DNA of 64,000 nucleotides from Acidobacteriota bacterium (GTDB lineage: Bacteria; Acidobacteriota; UBA6911; RPQK01; JAJDTT01), in assembly GCA_965209055.1 (NCBI GenBank), contig OZ242374.1, forward strand, positions 4,704,001 through 4,768,000, in the 5' to 3' direction. Shown here piece by piece: positions 50,846 through 61,821 of the stretch; positions within the stretch are counted from its first letter, which is position 1; each line of letters starts with the position of its first letter. A program made the position numbers and the translations under genes. Below the pieces are notes generated by a model. That model did no database searches, was not told the origin of the DNA, and worked only from the letters and a program-made list of their open reading frames with translations.

Positions 50846-51931
50846 ATGAAACTGGGATTCTTCACCATGCCCCTGCATCCACCGGGGTCCGACTTCACCG
50901 AAACGCTGGAAAGCGACCTGGAGCAGATCATCACCCTGGACCAACTGGGGTTTCACGAGGCTTGGCTCGGCGAGCACTTCACCAGCGTCTGGGAGAACAT
51001 CCCCGCTCCCGACCTGCTGCTGGCCAGCGCCATCCCCCAGACCGAGCAGATCATCATGGGAACCGGCGTGACCTGCATGCCCAACCACAATCCCTTCGTC
51101 ATTGCCAGCCGCATCGCCCAGTTGGACCACATGTGCCGCGGAAGGTTCTACTGGGGCGTGGGCTCGGGGGGGTTTCCGGGCGACTTCGAGGTCTTCGGGT
51201 TCGATCCCAAGACCGGCGAGCAGAGGGGGATGACCCGTGACGCGGTCGACGTCGTCCTCCAGCTCTGGCAAGATCCGCGGCCCGGCCTTTACGAACACAA
51301 GCACTGGCGTTTCACCGTGCCGGAGCCTCAATCGGACATCGGCCTCCGGTTCCACCTGAAGCCCTACCAGAAACCTCACCCGCCCATCGGCGTCGCCGGC
51401 GTGTCGGTCAAATCCGGAACTCTGGTGCGGGCCGGAGAGGAGGGCTGGATTCCCATGAGCATCAACATCGTGCCGACCAGAATTCTCAAGTCCCACTGGG
51501 AGGCGGTGTTGGAAGGAGCCGCCACCACCGGACGGACTCCCGACCGGAGCCAGTGGCGCGTGGCCCGAAACGTGTTCGTAGCAGACACGACCGAGGAAGC
51601 CAGGCGGTGCGTCCTGGAAGGGACCATGGCGCGGGACTTCGAGGACTACTTCCTCCGCCTGTTGCCCAAGTGCAAGATGCTCGACCTGATGAAGACCGAC
51701 CTCGACATGCCCGACTCGGACGTGACCCCGGAATACCTGCTGGACAACCTCTGGCTCGTGGGCAGCCCCGACGACGTGGCCGAGAAGCTCCAGGCGCTTC
51801 AGGACGACCTGGGCGGCTTCGGAGTCCTGCTGGTTCTGGGTCATGAATGGGACCCGAAGGACCGCTGGGTCGAGTCCATGCGGCTTCTCCAGGAAGAGGT
51901 TTTGCCGCGGGTCAATGGAGCCGGGGAGTAA
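50846..51931 (+). CDS. Luciferase-like flavin-dependent monooxygenase
   Basis: GFHEAWLGEH, IAQLDH, KPYQKPHPP, VGSPD. Confidence 0.9.
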   Translation: MKLGFFTMPLHPPGSDFTETLESDLEQIITLDQLGFHEAWLGEHFTSVWENIPAPDLLLASAIPQTEQIIMGTGVTCMPNHNPFVIASRIAQLDHMCRGRFYWGVGSGGFPGDFEVFGFDPKTGEQRGMTRDAVDVVLQLWQDPRPGLYEHKHWRFTVPEPQSDIGLRFHLKPYQKPHPPIGVAGVSVKSGTLVRAGEEGWIPMSINIVPTRILKSHWEAVLEGAATTGRTPDRSQWRVARNVFVADTTEEARRCVLEGTMARDFEDYFLRLLPKCKMLDLMKTDLDMPDSDVTPEYLLDNLWLVGSPDDVAEKLQALQDDLGGFGVLLVLGHEWDPKDRWVESMRLLQEEVLPRVNGAGE

Positions 51932-52019
51932 AGAGATGGCTGGCAATGTCCCCACTCCCAAAAAGTGAGGCATTAGCGGAATTCCGGCGGAAGTCTGAGG
52001 ACAGCGAGGAATCGGGATC

Positions 52020-52277
52020 GTGGCACGGTTCTCATTGAAAGACTTGGGGCGGTTCGAAGAGGGCATCCTGGAGTCCATCGATCTGCCGGAGCGGGACGCC
52101 CGGCGTTTCATGGAGCTGGGCTTTCTCCCCGGTTCCGTGGTTTCAGCTGCGGGACGATCCCCGTTCGGCGACCCTCGGGTGTACCGGGTGGATGGCTCCG
52201 AAGTCGCACTGCGGCGGGAGACGGCTGCCCGCCTGATTCTGCGCCGACCCGGTTCGGCCCACCGAAAAGACCCATGA
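52020..52277 (+). CDS. feoA: Ferrous iron transport protein A
   Basis: MELGFLPG, PFGDP, VALRRE.A. Confidence 0.9.
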   Translation: MARFSLKDLGRFEEGILESIDLPERDARRFMELGFLPGSVVSAAGRSPFGDPRVYRVDGSEVALRRETAARLILRRPGSAHRKDP

Positions 52278-54163
52278 GCCAATGTCATGGGGCGACCGAG
52301 ACCGCGTCCCCTTCTGAGATCAGGCCCGGCGCCCCCTCCCGATTGCGCACCGTGGCCGTCGTGGGCCCGCCCAATACCGGGAAGTCGACCCTGTTCAACC
52401 GGCTGACGGGACTTCGCCAGCGCGTGGCCAACTATCCCGGCGTCACGGTGGAGAAACGGATCGGGCGCGCGCGCCTCCCCGGCAAGATCGAGGTCCACCT
52501 GGTCGATCTTCCCGGTATCTACAGCCTGGAGCCCCGGTCGGAAGACGAACGGGTCGCCCGGGACGTTCTCACGGGCCGCATGCCCGGCGTCTCCAGTCCG
52601 GACGCCGTCATTCTGATCCTCGATTCCACCATCCTGGGGCGTCATCTCGGGTTCGCCGCTCCCATCCTCAGCCTGGGAATTCCGACCCTCGTGGTCCTGA
52701 ACATGGCCGATTCCCTTCGGCACCGAGGCGGACGCCTCGATCTGGACGCGGTGGCGCAACAGATCGGGGCCCCCGTCGCCCTGGTCAGCGCCCGGACCGG
52801 AGAGGGCACCGAGGCGATCCGGGAGTTCCTGGTAGGAGCCCTGGCCGTCCCCGCCCCCCTGGAACTGCCGGTGATTCAGGACGTTCGCCGCTGCCGGGAG
52901 TGGTCGGCCCAGGTCGGCGAAGCGGCGGAATACCGCCCCCCGGCTCCCCCGTTGTGGACCCGGCGTTTCGACGCCGTCCTGCTCCATCCGGTGGCGGGCC
53001 TTCTCATCTTCGCCGCGGTGGTGGTCGCCGTCTTCCAGACGGTCTTCACCTTTGCCGTCCCCCTCATGGATGCCACCAACGCCATGGTTTCCACTTCCGG
53101 AGATTGGGTCCGCGCCCTGCTGCCCGACTCTTGGTTCCGCAGCCTGCTCATCGAGGGGGTCTGGGGCGGCGTGGGATCGGTGGTGATCTTCCTGCCCCAG
53201 ATCCTGCTGCTGTTCCTCTTCATCGGCGTGCTGGAGGACTCGGGCTACATGGCCCGGGCGGCGCTCATCGCCGACCGGACCATGGCCCGGGTGGGCCTGC
53301 AGGGGAAGTCCTTCATTCCGCTGCTTTCCGCCTACGCCTGTGCGGTTCCGGCCATCCTGGCCGCCCGCACCATCGAGAGCAGGCGGGACCGGATCGCCAC
53401 CATCATGATCGCGCCCTTCATGACCTGCTCGGCCCGATTGCCGATCTACACGCTGGTGATCGCCGCCTTCATCCCGGAACGCCCCGTCCTGGGCGGATTC
53501 CTGGGCACCCGGGCGGCGACCATGCTGGGCCTGTACCTGCTCGGATTCCTGGCGGCCATCTTGACGGCGTGGGCCCTCAAGTCGTCGGTGCTTCGCGGCG
53601 CGGGCGCCCCCTTCTCCCTGGAGATGCCTCCCTACCGCTTGCCCGGCCTCCAGTCGCTGGCCTTGCGCCTCGTGGACCGCACCAAGATCTTCCTGCGGCG
53701 AGCGGGGACCATCATTCTCTGCACGACCGTCGTCCTTTGGTTCCTGGCCAGCCTCCCGCTCCGGAACGGCGAAGCGCCCCCGATTGCGGAAAGCGTCATC
53801 GGCACGGTGGGGCGGACCATCGAACCGGTCATCGAGCCCCTGGGTTTCGACTGGAAGATCGGCATCGGAATCATCACCTCCCTGGCGGCCCGCGAGGTGA
53901 TCGTGGGAACGCTGGGCACCATCTACGGGATGGAAGCGGACGAGGGCTCCCGGGACCTGCAGGAGGCTCTCCAGGGAGACCTGGATCTGGGCGGGGCGGT
54001 GGCGCTGTTGATCTTCTTCACCTTCGCCATGCAATGCATGTCCACGGTGGCGGTGGTGAGGAGGGAGACCGCGGGTTGGCGCTGGCCGGTGGCGCAGTTC
54101 GCCTACATGACGCTGCTGGCCTACGTCGCGGCTTACCTGGCCAAACAGATCATCGGGCCGTGA
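52274..54163 (+). CDS. feoB: Ferrous iron transport protein B
   Basis: GPPNTGKS, NYPGVTVE, DLPG, LEDSGYMAR, CSARLP, QC.ST. Confidence 0.95.
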   Translation: MSQCHGATETASPSEIRPGAPSRLRTVAVVGPPNTGKSTLFNRLTGLRQRVANYPGVTVEKRIGRARLPGKIEVHLVDLPGIYSLEPRSEDERVARDVLTGRMPGVSSPDAVILILDSTILGRHLGFAAPILSLGIPTLVVLNMADSLRHRGGRLDLDAVAQQIGAPVALVSARTGEGTEAIREFLVGALAVPAPLELPVIQDVRRCREWSAQVGEAAEYRPPAPPLWTRRFDAVLLHPVAGLLIFAAVVVAVFQTVFTFAVPLMDATNAMVSTSGDWVRALLPDSWFRSLLIEGVWGGVGSVVIFLPQILLLFLFIGVLEDSGYMARAALIADRTMARVGLQGKSFIPLLSAYACAVPAILAARTIESRRDRIATIMIAPFMTCSARLPIYTLVIAAFIPERPVLGGFLGTRAATMLGLYLLGFLAAILTAWALKSSVLRGAGAPFSLEMPPYRLPGLQSLALRLVDRTKIFLRRAGTIILCTTVVLWFLASLPLRNGEAPPIAESVIGTVGRTIEPVIEPLGFDWKIGIGIITSLAAREVIVGTLGTIYGMEADEGSRDLQEALQGDLDLGGAVALLIFFTFAMQCMSTVAVVRRETAGWRWPVAQFAYMTLLAYVAAYLAKQIIGP

Positions 54164-54182
54164 CCCCCCGGAAACGGGACCC

Positions 54183-55574
54183 TCATCCGATGGCGTCCTG
54201 AATCCCCCTCAGCGCCGCGTTGAAGGCGGGGACACTGACGCTCAGAACGTCGTACTCGGTGAGACGGGCCACCACCAGGTCCCGGGAGGGGATCACCAGC
54301 GTGTTCTGGCCGCCGGCTCCGGCGGCATAGAAGGCATCGGCGGGGGCGTCAAAGTTGCCGGTGGTGTTGAGCCACCACATGGCGCCGTAGCGCGACTCGC
54401 TCGGTTCCCCCTCCTCGTTGAACCACGCCGGAGCCGGCGTGCGGACGAACTCCACGAACTCTTCGGGCAGGAGCCGCTTTCCCTGCCAGACTCCCCCTTG
54501 CAGGTAAAGGAGTCCAATGCGGGCCCAGTCCCGGACCGTCCCGTACTCGTAGCCGGAGAGGATGAAGTTGCCGTAGGGGTCGGTGTCCAGCACCATCCTG
54601 CGGATTCCGATCCGGTCGAAGAGGGCGCGTTGCGGGAAGGTAAGGTATTCCTCACCCCGGGCCTCCACCGCGCGGCGGACCAGGTATCCGAGCGTCAGGG
54701 GGTCGCAGTTGCGGTAGCGGCCCACGGTTCCTGGAGGAAAACGCAGCCGGCGCGAGACGGCGTACCGGAAGACGTCCAGGGCGCAGGGGTAGACATAGTA
54801 GTGGTCCGGATAGGCGCTGGAGATCCGGTAGGTCCCCTGCGGTGTCTGCTCCATCACTTCGTAGAGCGTGAAGTCGAGGCCGCTGGACATGCGGAACAGG
54901 TCCTCCATGCGGATCTCGCGGCGCGGGTCGCCCGGCGCCTGCCATTCGGGCACCGGCGCCGGCCCCGTCATCTTCAGCCGCCCGTCCTGAATGAGACGGC
55001 CCGCCAACGTGCCGGTGAGGCTCTTGCCCATGGACCAGCTCTCCAGCAGCGTGTCCTTGCGGATCCCGGACGCGTAGCGCTCGGCGATGAGGCGGCCCTT
55101 GTAGACCACCGCCAGCGACGTGGTCCGCGCTGGCGGTTCGAAGGCGAGTTCGACCGCCGCTCGCAGCTTCTCCTCATCGACCTCGGGAGGGAGGGGTTGC
55201 TCCGGCAGGAGGTCTCCCATGGGCCAGGCTTGCGTATCGGCCGGGGGCAGAGCGGTCCGCACCGGAACGGGATCGTAGAAGATGCCGTCATGTTCCCGGG
55301 GATGAACGATGCACCCCTGATCGCCGTAGAATCCGGCGCTGCGCCGATAGCCACCCGGCAGGATGGCGTGAACCCGCTTCCGGTCGTAGTCGATGACGTC
55401 GTCGAGGTGCTCCAGGTCCGACTCGGGCAGCTTCAGCAGGTCCACCGCCACGTTTCGGCTGTGCTCTCGCGCCGCCTCTTCCCCGGTTCCGGTGACAAAT
55501 ACCGCCGAACAGAGCAGTTTCGCGTAACCGGCCAGACCGATGTCGCTGGGGTCCTGATCCTTTGCTTCGTGCAT
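54183..55574 (-). CDS. Serine hydrolase (beta-lactamase-like)
   Basis: SWSMGKS (SxxK), YRN, AAGAGGQ. Confidence 0.88.
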   Translation of the reverse strand: MHEAKDQDPSDIGLAGYAKLLCSAVFVTGTGEEAAREHSRNVAVDLLKLPESDLEHLDDVIDYDRKRVHAILPGGYRRSAGFYGDQGCIVHPREHDGIFYDPVPVRTALPPADTQAWPMGDLLPEQPLPPEVDEEKLRAAVELAFEPPARTTSLAVVYKGRLIAERYASGIRKDTLLESWSMGKSLTGTLAGRLIQDGRLKMTGPAPVPEWQAPGDPRREIRMEDLFRMSSGLDFTLYEVMEQTPQGTYRISSAYPDHYYVYPCALDVFRYAVSRRLRFPPGTVGRYRNCDPLTLGYLVRRAVEARGEEYLTFPQRALFDRIGIRRMVLDTDPYGNFILSGYEYGTVRDWARIGLLYLQGGVWQGKRLLPEEFVEFVRTPAPAWFNEEGEPSESRYGAMWWLNTTGNFDAPADAFYAAGAGGQNTLVIPSRDLVVARLTEYDVLSVSVPAFNAALRGIQDAIG

Positions 55575-55646
55575 GCGAATCAGTATACGGACCCGGTGCG
55601 CAAACCGCCCCGGCCCAGCGACCGAGTGCCGCGTGCCGGAGGGAGG

Positions 55647-55675
55647 GCGTCCGGCCGCAGGACGCGGCCGGACGC
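55647..55675 (-). terminator. GC-rich hairpin after the thioredoxin-like gene
   Basis: 12-bp perfect stem GCGTCCGGCCGC/GCGGCCGGACGC. Confidence 0.5.
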
Positions 55676-55685
55676 GTCATTCAGT

Positions 55686-55922
55686 TCACTTCAGGTCGGC
55701 GATGGAGGCGCCGAAATTGATGTGATACGGCTTGCCGTCCACGACGAACGCGGGGACCGACGCCACGCCGGCCGCTTCGGCCTCGGCGATGCGGCCGGGC
55801 GTTTCGCCCAGGTGAACGACTTCCACAGAGTAGTCCTGCGGGTTGAGGGCCTGCGCGAACCGGGTCTCGGCATCGACGCAGACGGGACAGCCGGCGTGGT
55901 AGAAGGTGGCCTGTTTTGACAT
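55686..55922 (-). CDS. Small thioredoxin-like protein
   Basis: FYHAGCPVC, GV.SVPA. Confidence 0.85.
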   Translation of the reverse strand: MSKQATFYHAGCPVCVDAETRFAQALNPQDYSVEVVHLGETPGRIAEAEAAGVASVPAFVVDGKPYHINFGASIADLK

Positions 55923-55961
55923 GGTCGAGTCTCCTTTCGTGTTGATGATTGGTTCTGTGAA

Positions 55962-56615
55962 TCAGCTATTTCCCTGCTCCAGCGGCTTCACCGCCAGGAA
56001 TTGCTGCCAACGTTGCGTCCTCACGGGCTCCTCGGCCTGGATGTGGTCGCCGCAGTCGAGGCGCAGCGACACGGTGCCGAACGGCGCGTCCACAAATTCG
56101 CAATGGTGCGGCCGGAACGCATCCGCATGAACGTAGGGCTGGAAGAAGCGGCAGGTGCAGCACATCCGCTGCGGTTCGATGGAGCCTGACTCCTGCAGGT
56201 GCAGAATGACCTTGCTGAGAACGCGATGCAGAACGGTGCTCTCCGTAGGATCGAGTCCGGCCAGGGCCGCCAGCAATGTTTCGGGAAATTCGGATTGCTG
56301 CGACATGACCCGGACACCGGCGGCCGTCAGCGAGATTCTCGTGGCCCGGCCGTCATCCGGATCGGCGCTCTTTTTTACGAGGCCCTTGCGTTGGAGTGTG
56401 GAGATGGCGCGGCTTGCCGTCGCCTCGGTGATTCCGACGAGTTTGGCCAACGCCATGACTCGGTTGGGACCCCGACGTCTGAGGAATCCCAGGATGCTGA
56501 TCTGGGTGGATGTCAGGCCCGAATTTGCCGCGTTTCTCCATTGTTTCGATCTCAGGTAGAGACCCACCTGGAAGAACCCCGCGGCCACCTGCTCGACGTC
56601 ACCTGTGTCTTGCAT
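55962..56615 (-). CDS. MarR family regulator with Cys/His-rich C-terminus
   Basis: Winged HTH with DGR motif; RMCCTCRFF...HHC...RLDC. Confidence 0.88.
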   Translation of the reverse strand: MQDTGDVEQVAAGFFQVGLYLRSKQWRNAANSGLTSTQISILGFLRRRGPNRVMALAKLVGITEATASRAISTLQRKGLVKKSADPDDGRATRISLTAAGVRVMSQQSEFPETLLAALAGLDPTESTVLHRVLSKVILHLQESGSIEPQRMCCTCRFFQPYVHADAFRPHHCEFVDAPFGTVSLRLDCGDHIQAEEPVRTQRWQQFLAVKPLEQGNS

Positions 56616-56618
56616 GAG

Positions 56619-56647
56619 CAAATATATAGCAGAGCTAAATATATTTG
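56619..56647. promoter_or_regulatory. Probable MarR operator
   Basis: 9-bp inverted repeat CAAATATAT/ATATATTTG directly upstream of the marR-like start. Confidence 0.5.
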
Positions 56648-56719
56648 TCTAGCCATGCTAAGTATTTTTGTTTTCCATGCCCCGGAGCCGAACAGTTGCC
56701 TCGTGGCGTAGAATGAGGC

Positions 56720-57469
56720 ATGTCTCGCGTGCGATTTGCAAAGTTCCTGCTCGCCTTGGGCGTCTTCCTCAACTCCACCCATACCGCCATGAGCCAGGGA
56801 GCCGAAGAGTTGCTGAACCGCGCCGTGCAGGCTTCGGAACAGGGCCGGAGCTCCGAGTCCGTGGATCTGGCCTCGGATGCCCTGGTCCGGAACCCCGAGT
56901 TGGCCTATGCGTATTACCTGCGGGGCCGGGAGCACTTTCGACTGGGCAAGATCACTGAATCCGTGGCGGACCTGGAGCAGTACGTCCGGCTGCGTCCCGA
57001 CATGGAGCCTCGGCAATGGGAGCTGGGTCTTTCCTATTACTACGCCGGCCAGTTCGAAAAAGGAGCGCGGCAGTTCGAGCTGTACCAGACCTACCACGAC
57101 AACGATGTGGAAAACTCGGTCTGGCGCTACCTGTGCATCGCCCGAACCGACGGAACGGAGAAGGCACGGTCGACCCTGATGCCGATTCGCAACGACCCCC
57201 GGATTCCCATGATGGCCGTCTACGACATGTTCCGGGGAGAAGGGTCGCCCCGGAAGGTCCTGGAAACCGCCCGCGCCGGCCGGCCCGGACCGGCCCGATT
57301 GGACGGGCGCCTCTTCTACGCCCACCTCTACATCGGACTCTTCCTGCTCGCCCAAGGAGACGAGGAGGGTGGAAAAACCCACATCCTGGCGGCAGAAACG
57401 AAAAGGGTCCGCCACTACATGTGGGACGTGGCCCGCTACCAGGCGAGCCTCCTCGGCCGGCCGGATTAA
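56720..57469 (+). CDS. TPR protein (NlpI-like)
   Basis: TPR helices, GLSYYYAG, DVEN.VW, FYAHLYIG. Confidence 0.8.
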   Translation: MSRVRFAKFLLALGVFLNSTHTAMSQGAEELLNRAVQASEQGRSSESVDLASDALVRNPELAYAYYLRGREHFRLGKITESVADLEQYVRLRPDMEPRQWELGLSYYYAGQFEKGARQFELYQTYHDNDVENSVWRYLCIARTDGTEKARSTLMPIRNDPRIPMMAVYDMFRGEGSPRKVLETARAGRPGPARLDGRLFYAHLYIGLFLLAQGDEEGGKTHILAAETKRVRHYMWDVARYQASLLGRPD

Positions 57470-57509
57470 GCAACTGCAGCCCTTGGGGATTTGAGAGTCG
57501 ACCGGAGGG

Positions 57510-58730
57510 TCAGTCCCCTCGGTCCTTCCCTCGGGTCAGCCAGTCGAGGCTGAATCGGGCCAGGGTGATGGTTTCGTAGGCCGACTCGTCCCCCCGTTCG
57601 TACAGGCAGGCGACGGTGCCGTCCGGCAGAACCGCCAAGCTCGAGTAGGCGGATGGCCCTGGGTGCAGGAGGCGCGATACCGGCCACGATTCCCCCTCGT
57701 CGTAGCTGAGGCGAACGGTCATCCGGACGCGCTCGGTGGCGGCGGGATTGGAAAAGAGGAGGCGGCTGCGGCCTCCTGTGTCGGGCCAACCGTAGCGCAG
57801 CAGGCTGGCTTGGCAGACCGGCTCGGTCAACTGGGGATCGTCCTGCGGCTCCGACCACGTCATGCCGCCGTCGCTGCTCCAGGAACGGCCCCGGAGGTTC
57901 CTGCCGAAGTAGGACCGGAAGTTCAGGAGAACCCGGCCGTCAGTCAACTCGGCGACCTGGCACTCGTTGGCGTGAGGCTGGATGTTCCCTCCCAGATGCC
58001 AGCTCTTGCCGTGGTCGTCGCTGTAGATGACGTGGGAGCCGAATGCGGGCGGGGGCTCCCCGTATGAGGGAACCCCATCCTCCGGACTCGGGGCCGGGTA
58101 GGAATAGTCGCACGGGATCACCAGCCGGCCCTTGTCGGGTCCGTGTCGAAGCTGGATTCCGACGCCGGGACCGGTGGCATACCAGTCCCAGTCCGGTTTC
58201 TTGGTGGTGGCCGTGATCTCCCGAGGCGGCGCCCAGGTCTGCCCATCGTCCCCGCTGGAGGTGACCCACACGGTCCGCGTCCCCCGGGCGCCGGGCTGCA
58301 GGATCTCCCTCAGACCCTCGTCCCCCGGATTGTGGGTCAGCAAGAGCCAGATCGTCCCGGTCTCCTGGTCCACCACCGGGCAGGGATTGCCGCAGGTGTT
58401 GCCGCCGTCGTCCCAGACCACCTGCTGACGGCTCCAGGTCTCCCCTCCGTCGGTGGAACGCCGGAGCAGGAGGTCGATGTCTCCATGATCGCTACGGCTG
58501 TCCTTGCGCCCTTCGCAGAAGGCCAGGAGAGTTCCCTTCCCCGTGGTCAGGAGCGCCGGGATCCGGTACGTGTGATATCCATCCCGGCCGCTCATGAAAA
58601 GCGGTTTCTGATCCGGCGCGGCGGGCGTGGGGGGTTCCGAGCACGCTCCCCCCAGCAGCAGGACTGCGATCCCCATGACGTGGATCATCGGAGCCGGGCG
58701 GCTCAAAGGATTGGAACACCAGCTTTGCAT
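57510..58730 (-). CDS. Sialidase (GH33) lipoprotein
   Basis: YRIP motif, several Asp-boxes S.D.G..W, AYSSL, LYE. Confidence 0.9.
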   Translation of the reverse strand: MQSWCSNPLSRPAPMIHVMGIAVLLLGGACSEPPTPAAPDQKPLFMSGRDGYHTYRIPALLTTGKGTLLAFCEGRKDSRSDHGDIDLLLRRSTDGGETWSRQQVVWDDGGNTCGNPCPVVDQETGTIWLLLTHNPGDEGLREILQPGARGTRTVWVTSSGDDGQTWAPPREITATTKKPDWDWYATGPGVGIQLRHGPDKGRLVIPCDYSYPAPSPEDGVPSYGEPPPAFGSHVIYSDDHGKSWHLGGNIQPHANECQVAELTDGRVLLNFRSYFGRNLRGRSWSSDGGMTWSEPQDDPQLTEPVCQASLLRYGWPDTGGRSRLLFSNPAATERVRMTVRLSYDEGESWPVSRLLHPGPSAYSSLAVLPDGTVACLYERGDESAYETITLARFSLDWLTRGKDRGD

Positions 58731-58924
58731 GACCGGACCCTCCTGAGACTCCCCTGGAACGGATCGAAATTCCTTGCGGTGGCGTCGAGAATACGTCGCT
58801 GAAAGGCGGTGCCGCAAGCGTGTCCGAACCGTTGCGGCAGTTGGGAGTCTCCCCAGTTTTGGAGCAGCCGGCTGGTGGGGCGTTTGGGAATGTTCGGAAC
58901 CCTGTAGTAGTCTTGGCGGTCAAT

Positions 58925-60031
58925 ATGAAACCGACAAGAATCCTCCTCACCATCTTCTTCCTGGGTACGGCCGCGGCGGAGAAAGGGGACCAGGCGCCCA
59001 AACCGCAATACGAATGGGAGCAGATTTCGATCCCAGCCGCGTCGGCCCTGGAACCGATTCTTGAACAGTTTTCGCCCAAGAGAGCCGTCACCTACATGGA
59101 GGACGGCGCGCTGGCCTGGACCCGGAAGCGGGAGTGCATCGCGTGCCACACCAACGGCACCTATTTCGTGACGCGTCCCGCCTTGACGGGAACCCTGGGC
59201 CGTCCTCCCGCGGAACTGAGGGAGTTCGTCATCGATGAGCTCGACGAGTTGCGGGCCATGGAGCCCGAAAAACTTCGTTCCAGCGTCCGGCCGACCCAGG
59301 TCGCCTATGCGGCCCAGGGGCTGGCCGAATGGGATTCCCACGTCACTGAGGAGCTCTCCCGGGAAACCCGGGAAGCCCTGGACCTGATGCTCCAACTCCA
59401 GGATCCGGAGGGCGCTTGGAGCAACGTCGACACCTGGCCGCCGTTCGAGTCCAGCCGGTATCAGTCCGCCACCGTGGGCGCCATGGCCATGGCGGCGGCT
59501 CCCGGATGGCTGGCCTCCAACGGAGACCAGGAAGCGGTGCGAAAGACCCGGGAATACCTGAGGACCCGGGCGCCCCACGATTACGGCCGGCTCCTCCTGC
59601 TCTGGGTTTCCACCCGCTGGCCCGGTTTGCTGGAAGAAGAGAAGCAGCAGGAACTGGTGGAGATGATCTGGCGGCATCAACGGGCAGACGGGGGCTGGTC
59701 GATCCGCACTTTCGCCACTCCCGAGACCTGGGGCCGGGGAAACCGCGCCGAGAAGCTCCGGGCTGAAGAGGATTTCGAGAATCCGGCCAGCGACGGCCAC
59801 CAGACCGGACTCTGCGTCCTGGTCTTGAGACTGGCCGGGGTCCCGGCAGACGATCCCCGAATTCAACGAGCCCTCGACTGGCTGCTTTCCAACCAGCGGG
59901 AGTCGGGCCGCTGGTGGACGCGGTCCCTCAACACCGACAAGTTCCATTTCATCACCTACAGCGGCACCTGCTACCCGTTGTTGGCGCTGGATAGTTGCGG
60001 CCGTTTGGCGGTCGACCGGTCAACTCCGTGA
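58925..60031 (+). CDS. Squalene-hopene cyclase-like (prenyltransferase repeat) secreted protein
   Basis: QW-type repeats Q..DGGW and Q..SGRW, CIACH, SDGHQTG. Confidence 0.75.
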   Translation: MKPTRILLTIFFLGTAAAEKGDQAPKPQYEWEQISIPAASALEPILEQFSPKRAVTYMEDGALAWTRKRECIACHTNGTYFVTRPALTGTLGRPPAELREFVIDELDELRAMEPEKLRSSVRPTQVAYAAQGLAEWDSHVTEELSRETREALDLMLQLQDPEGAWSNVDTWPPFESSRYQSATVGAMAMAAAPGWLASNGDQEAVRKTREYLRTRAPHDYGRLLLLWVSTRWPGLLEEEKQQELVEMIWRHQRADGGWSIRTFATPETWGRGNRAEKLRAEEDFENPASDGHQTGLCVLVLRLAGVPADDPRIQRALDWLLSNQRESGRWWTRSLNTDKFHFITYSGTCYPLLALDSCGRLAVDRSTP

Positions 60032-60097
60032 CCCGCGCCGGCGTTCCCAGGATGAGAATCCCTCGATCCGCCTGTTCAAACCGTCCAGGGTTGCGTC

Positions 60098-61776
60098 GTG
60101 GGTGACTCCAAATGGACGCGCCGGCAGGCGCTGACCTCCCTCTCGGGAGGCGGACTGGCCCTGGCTTCCTGCCGGGACGAATCCCCCGTGGATACGGAGA
60201 TGAGAATCACGGCGGAGATCCTGCAAGCGGCTCAACAGGTGGTCGGGTTGGACTTCACGCTCCCGGAACGGGAGCAGATGCTGAAACGGGTCAATCAGAG
60301 CCTGGAGTTCTTCGGGAATCTCCGGGAGTTCCCGCTGGACAACTCGGTGCCTCCCGCTATTCAGTTCGATCCCATTCCCCGCGGCAACGTGCCGTATCCG
60401 CCCGCCGCGCAACCGGCCACCGCGAGAACTCCGGTCCCCGACGTGCCCGGCCGCCTGGAGGATCTGGCCTACTGGCCCCTTTCCCGATTGGCCCCGGCGG
60501 TGAAGGCCCGGAAGGTGAGCTCGGTGGATCTGACCCGCCTCTACCTGGAGCGTCTCAAGAAATATGACGAAAAGCTGGAATGCGTCCTCTCCTACACTGA
60601 GGAGCTGGCTCTGGAGCAGGCGCGGCGCGCCGACCGGGAACTGGCCAGCGGGCGCTACCGGGGGCCGCTCCACGGAATTCCCTGGGGAGCCAAGGACCTG
60701 TTGGCGGTCCGGGGATATCGAACCACCTGGGGAGCCACCTCCCATCGCGACCAGACCCTGGACCTGGACGCCACGGTGGTCCGCATGCTGGAGGAGGCCG
60801 GCGCGGTGCTCATCGCCAAGCTCAGCCTGGGAGCCCTGGCCGGGGTCGACGTCTGGTACGGCGGGCAGACCCGCAACCCGTGGAAGCTGGACGAGGGCTC
60901 CAAGGGGTCGTCGGCCGGTTCGGCCGCGGCGACGGCCACCGGCCTGGTGGGATTCTCCATCGGGTCCGAGACCATGGGATCCATCGTCTACCCTTCGGCC
61001 ACCTGCGGCGTCACCGGCCTGAGGCCGACCTTCGGACGGGTCAGCGTCACGGCGCCATGACGTTGAGTTGGAGCCTGGACAAGCTGGGACCCATCTGCAG
61101 AAGCGCCGAGGACTGCGCCCTGGTGTTCGCCGCCATCCACGGACTCGATCCCGACGACCGGACCACGCGCGACCGTCCCTTCGTCTGGCCTGTCGGAGAC
61201 CAGATGGAGGGCCTCCGGGTGGGCTACGCGGAAAAGCTTTTCCAGGAACAGGAGGACGAGGCCGCCAAGGAGAACGATGCGCGGAGCCTGGAGGACTTCC
61301 GATCCTTAGGGGTCGATCTGGTCCCGGTCGAGCTGCCGCAGCGGCCCCTTGCGCCGGAACTCATCCTCTACACCGAGGCGGCAGCCGCCTTCGACGAGTT
61401 CACCCGCAATAACCAGGACGACCTGTTGCAGGAACAGGAGGAGAACAACTGGCCCAACATGTTCCGTCAGGCCCGGTTCGTGCCGGCCGTGGAGTATATC
61501 CAGGCCAATCGGCTGCGGTCATTGTTGATGGAGGACATGGCCCAGCTCATGTCTGGAATCGACGCCTATCTGGCTCCCAGTTTCAGCTATAACGTGAGAC
61601 TCATCAACCTGACGGGACTCCCCTGCCTCGCGCTGCCCAATGGTTTCGATCCCGAAGGCCGTCCCACCAGCATCTCCCTCACCGGGCGTCTCTTCGACGA
61701 GTCCCGGATCCTGGCTCTGGGCCGCGCCTACCAGCAGGTCACCGATCATCATGCCCGGCAGCCGCCCGGGTTCTAA
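60098..61776 (+). pseudogene. Amidase signature family protein, split by a frameshift
   Basis: GPLHGIPWGAKD, GSSAGS, GSETMGSI, GLRPTFGRVS; frame switch at ~61045 restores SRHGAMTLSWSLDKLGP. Confidence 0.85.
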
Positions 61777-61821
61777 ATTGAGGGTCCGAGCCGCTTCGAC
61801 GGCATCTGAGGAATATGAGCC

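Noticed and set aside
50549-54034. 1161-aa minus-strand ORF and other long antisense ORFs (e.g. 13348-14940, 34920-36353)
   Set aside because: Shadow frames opposite well-supported genes in high-GC DNA, with no recognisable motifs.
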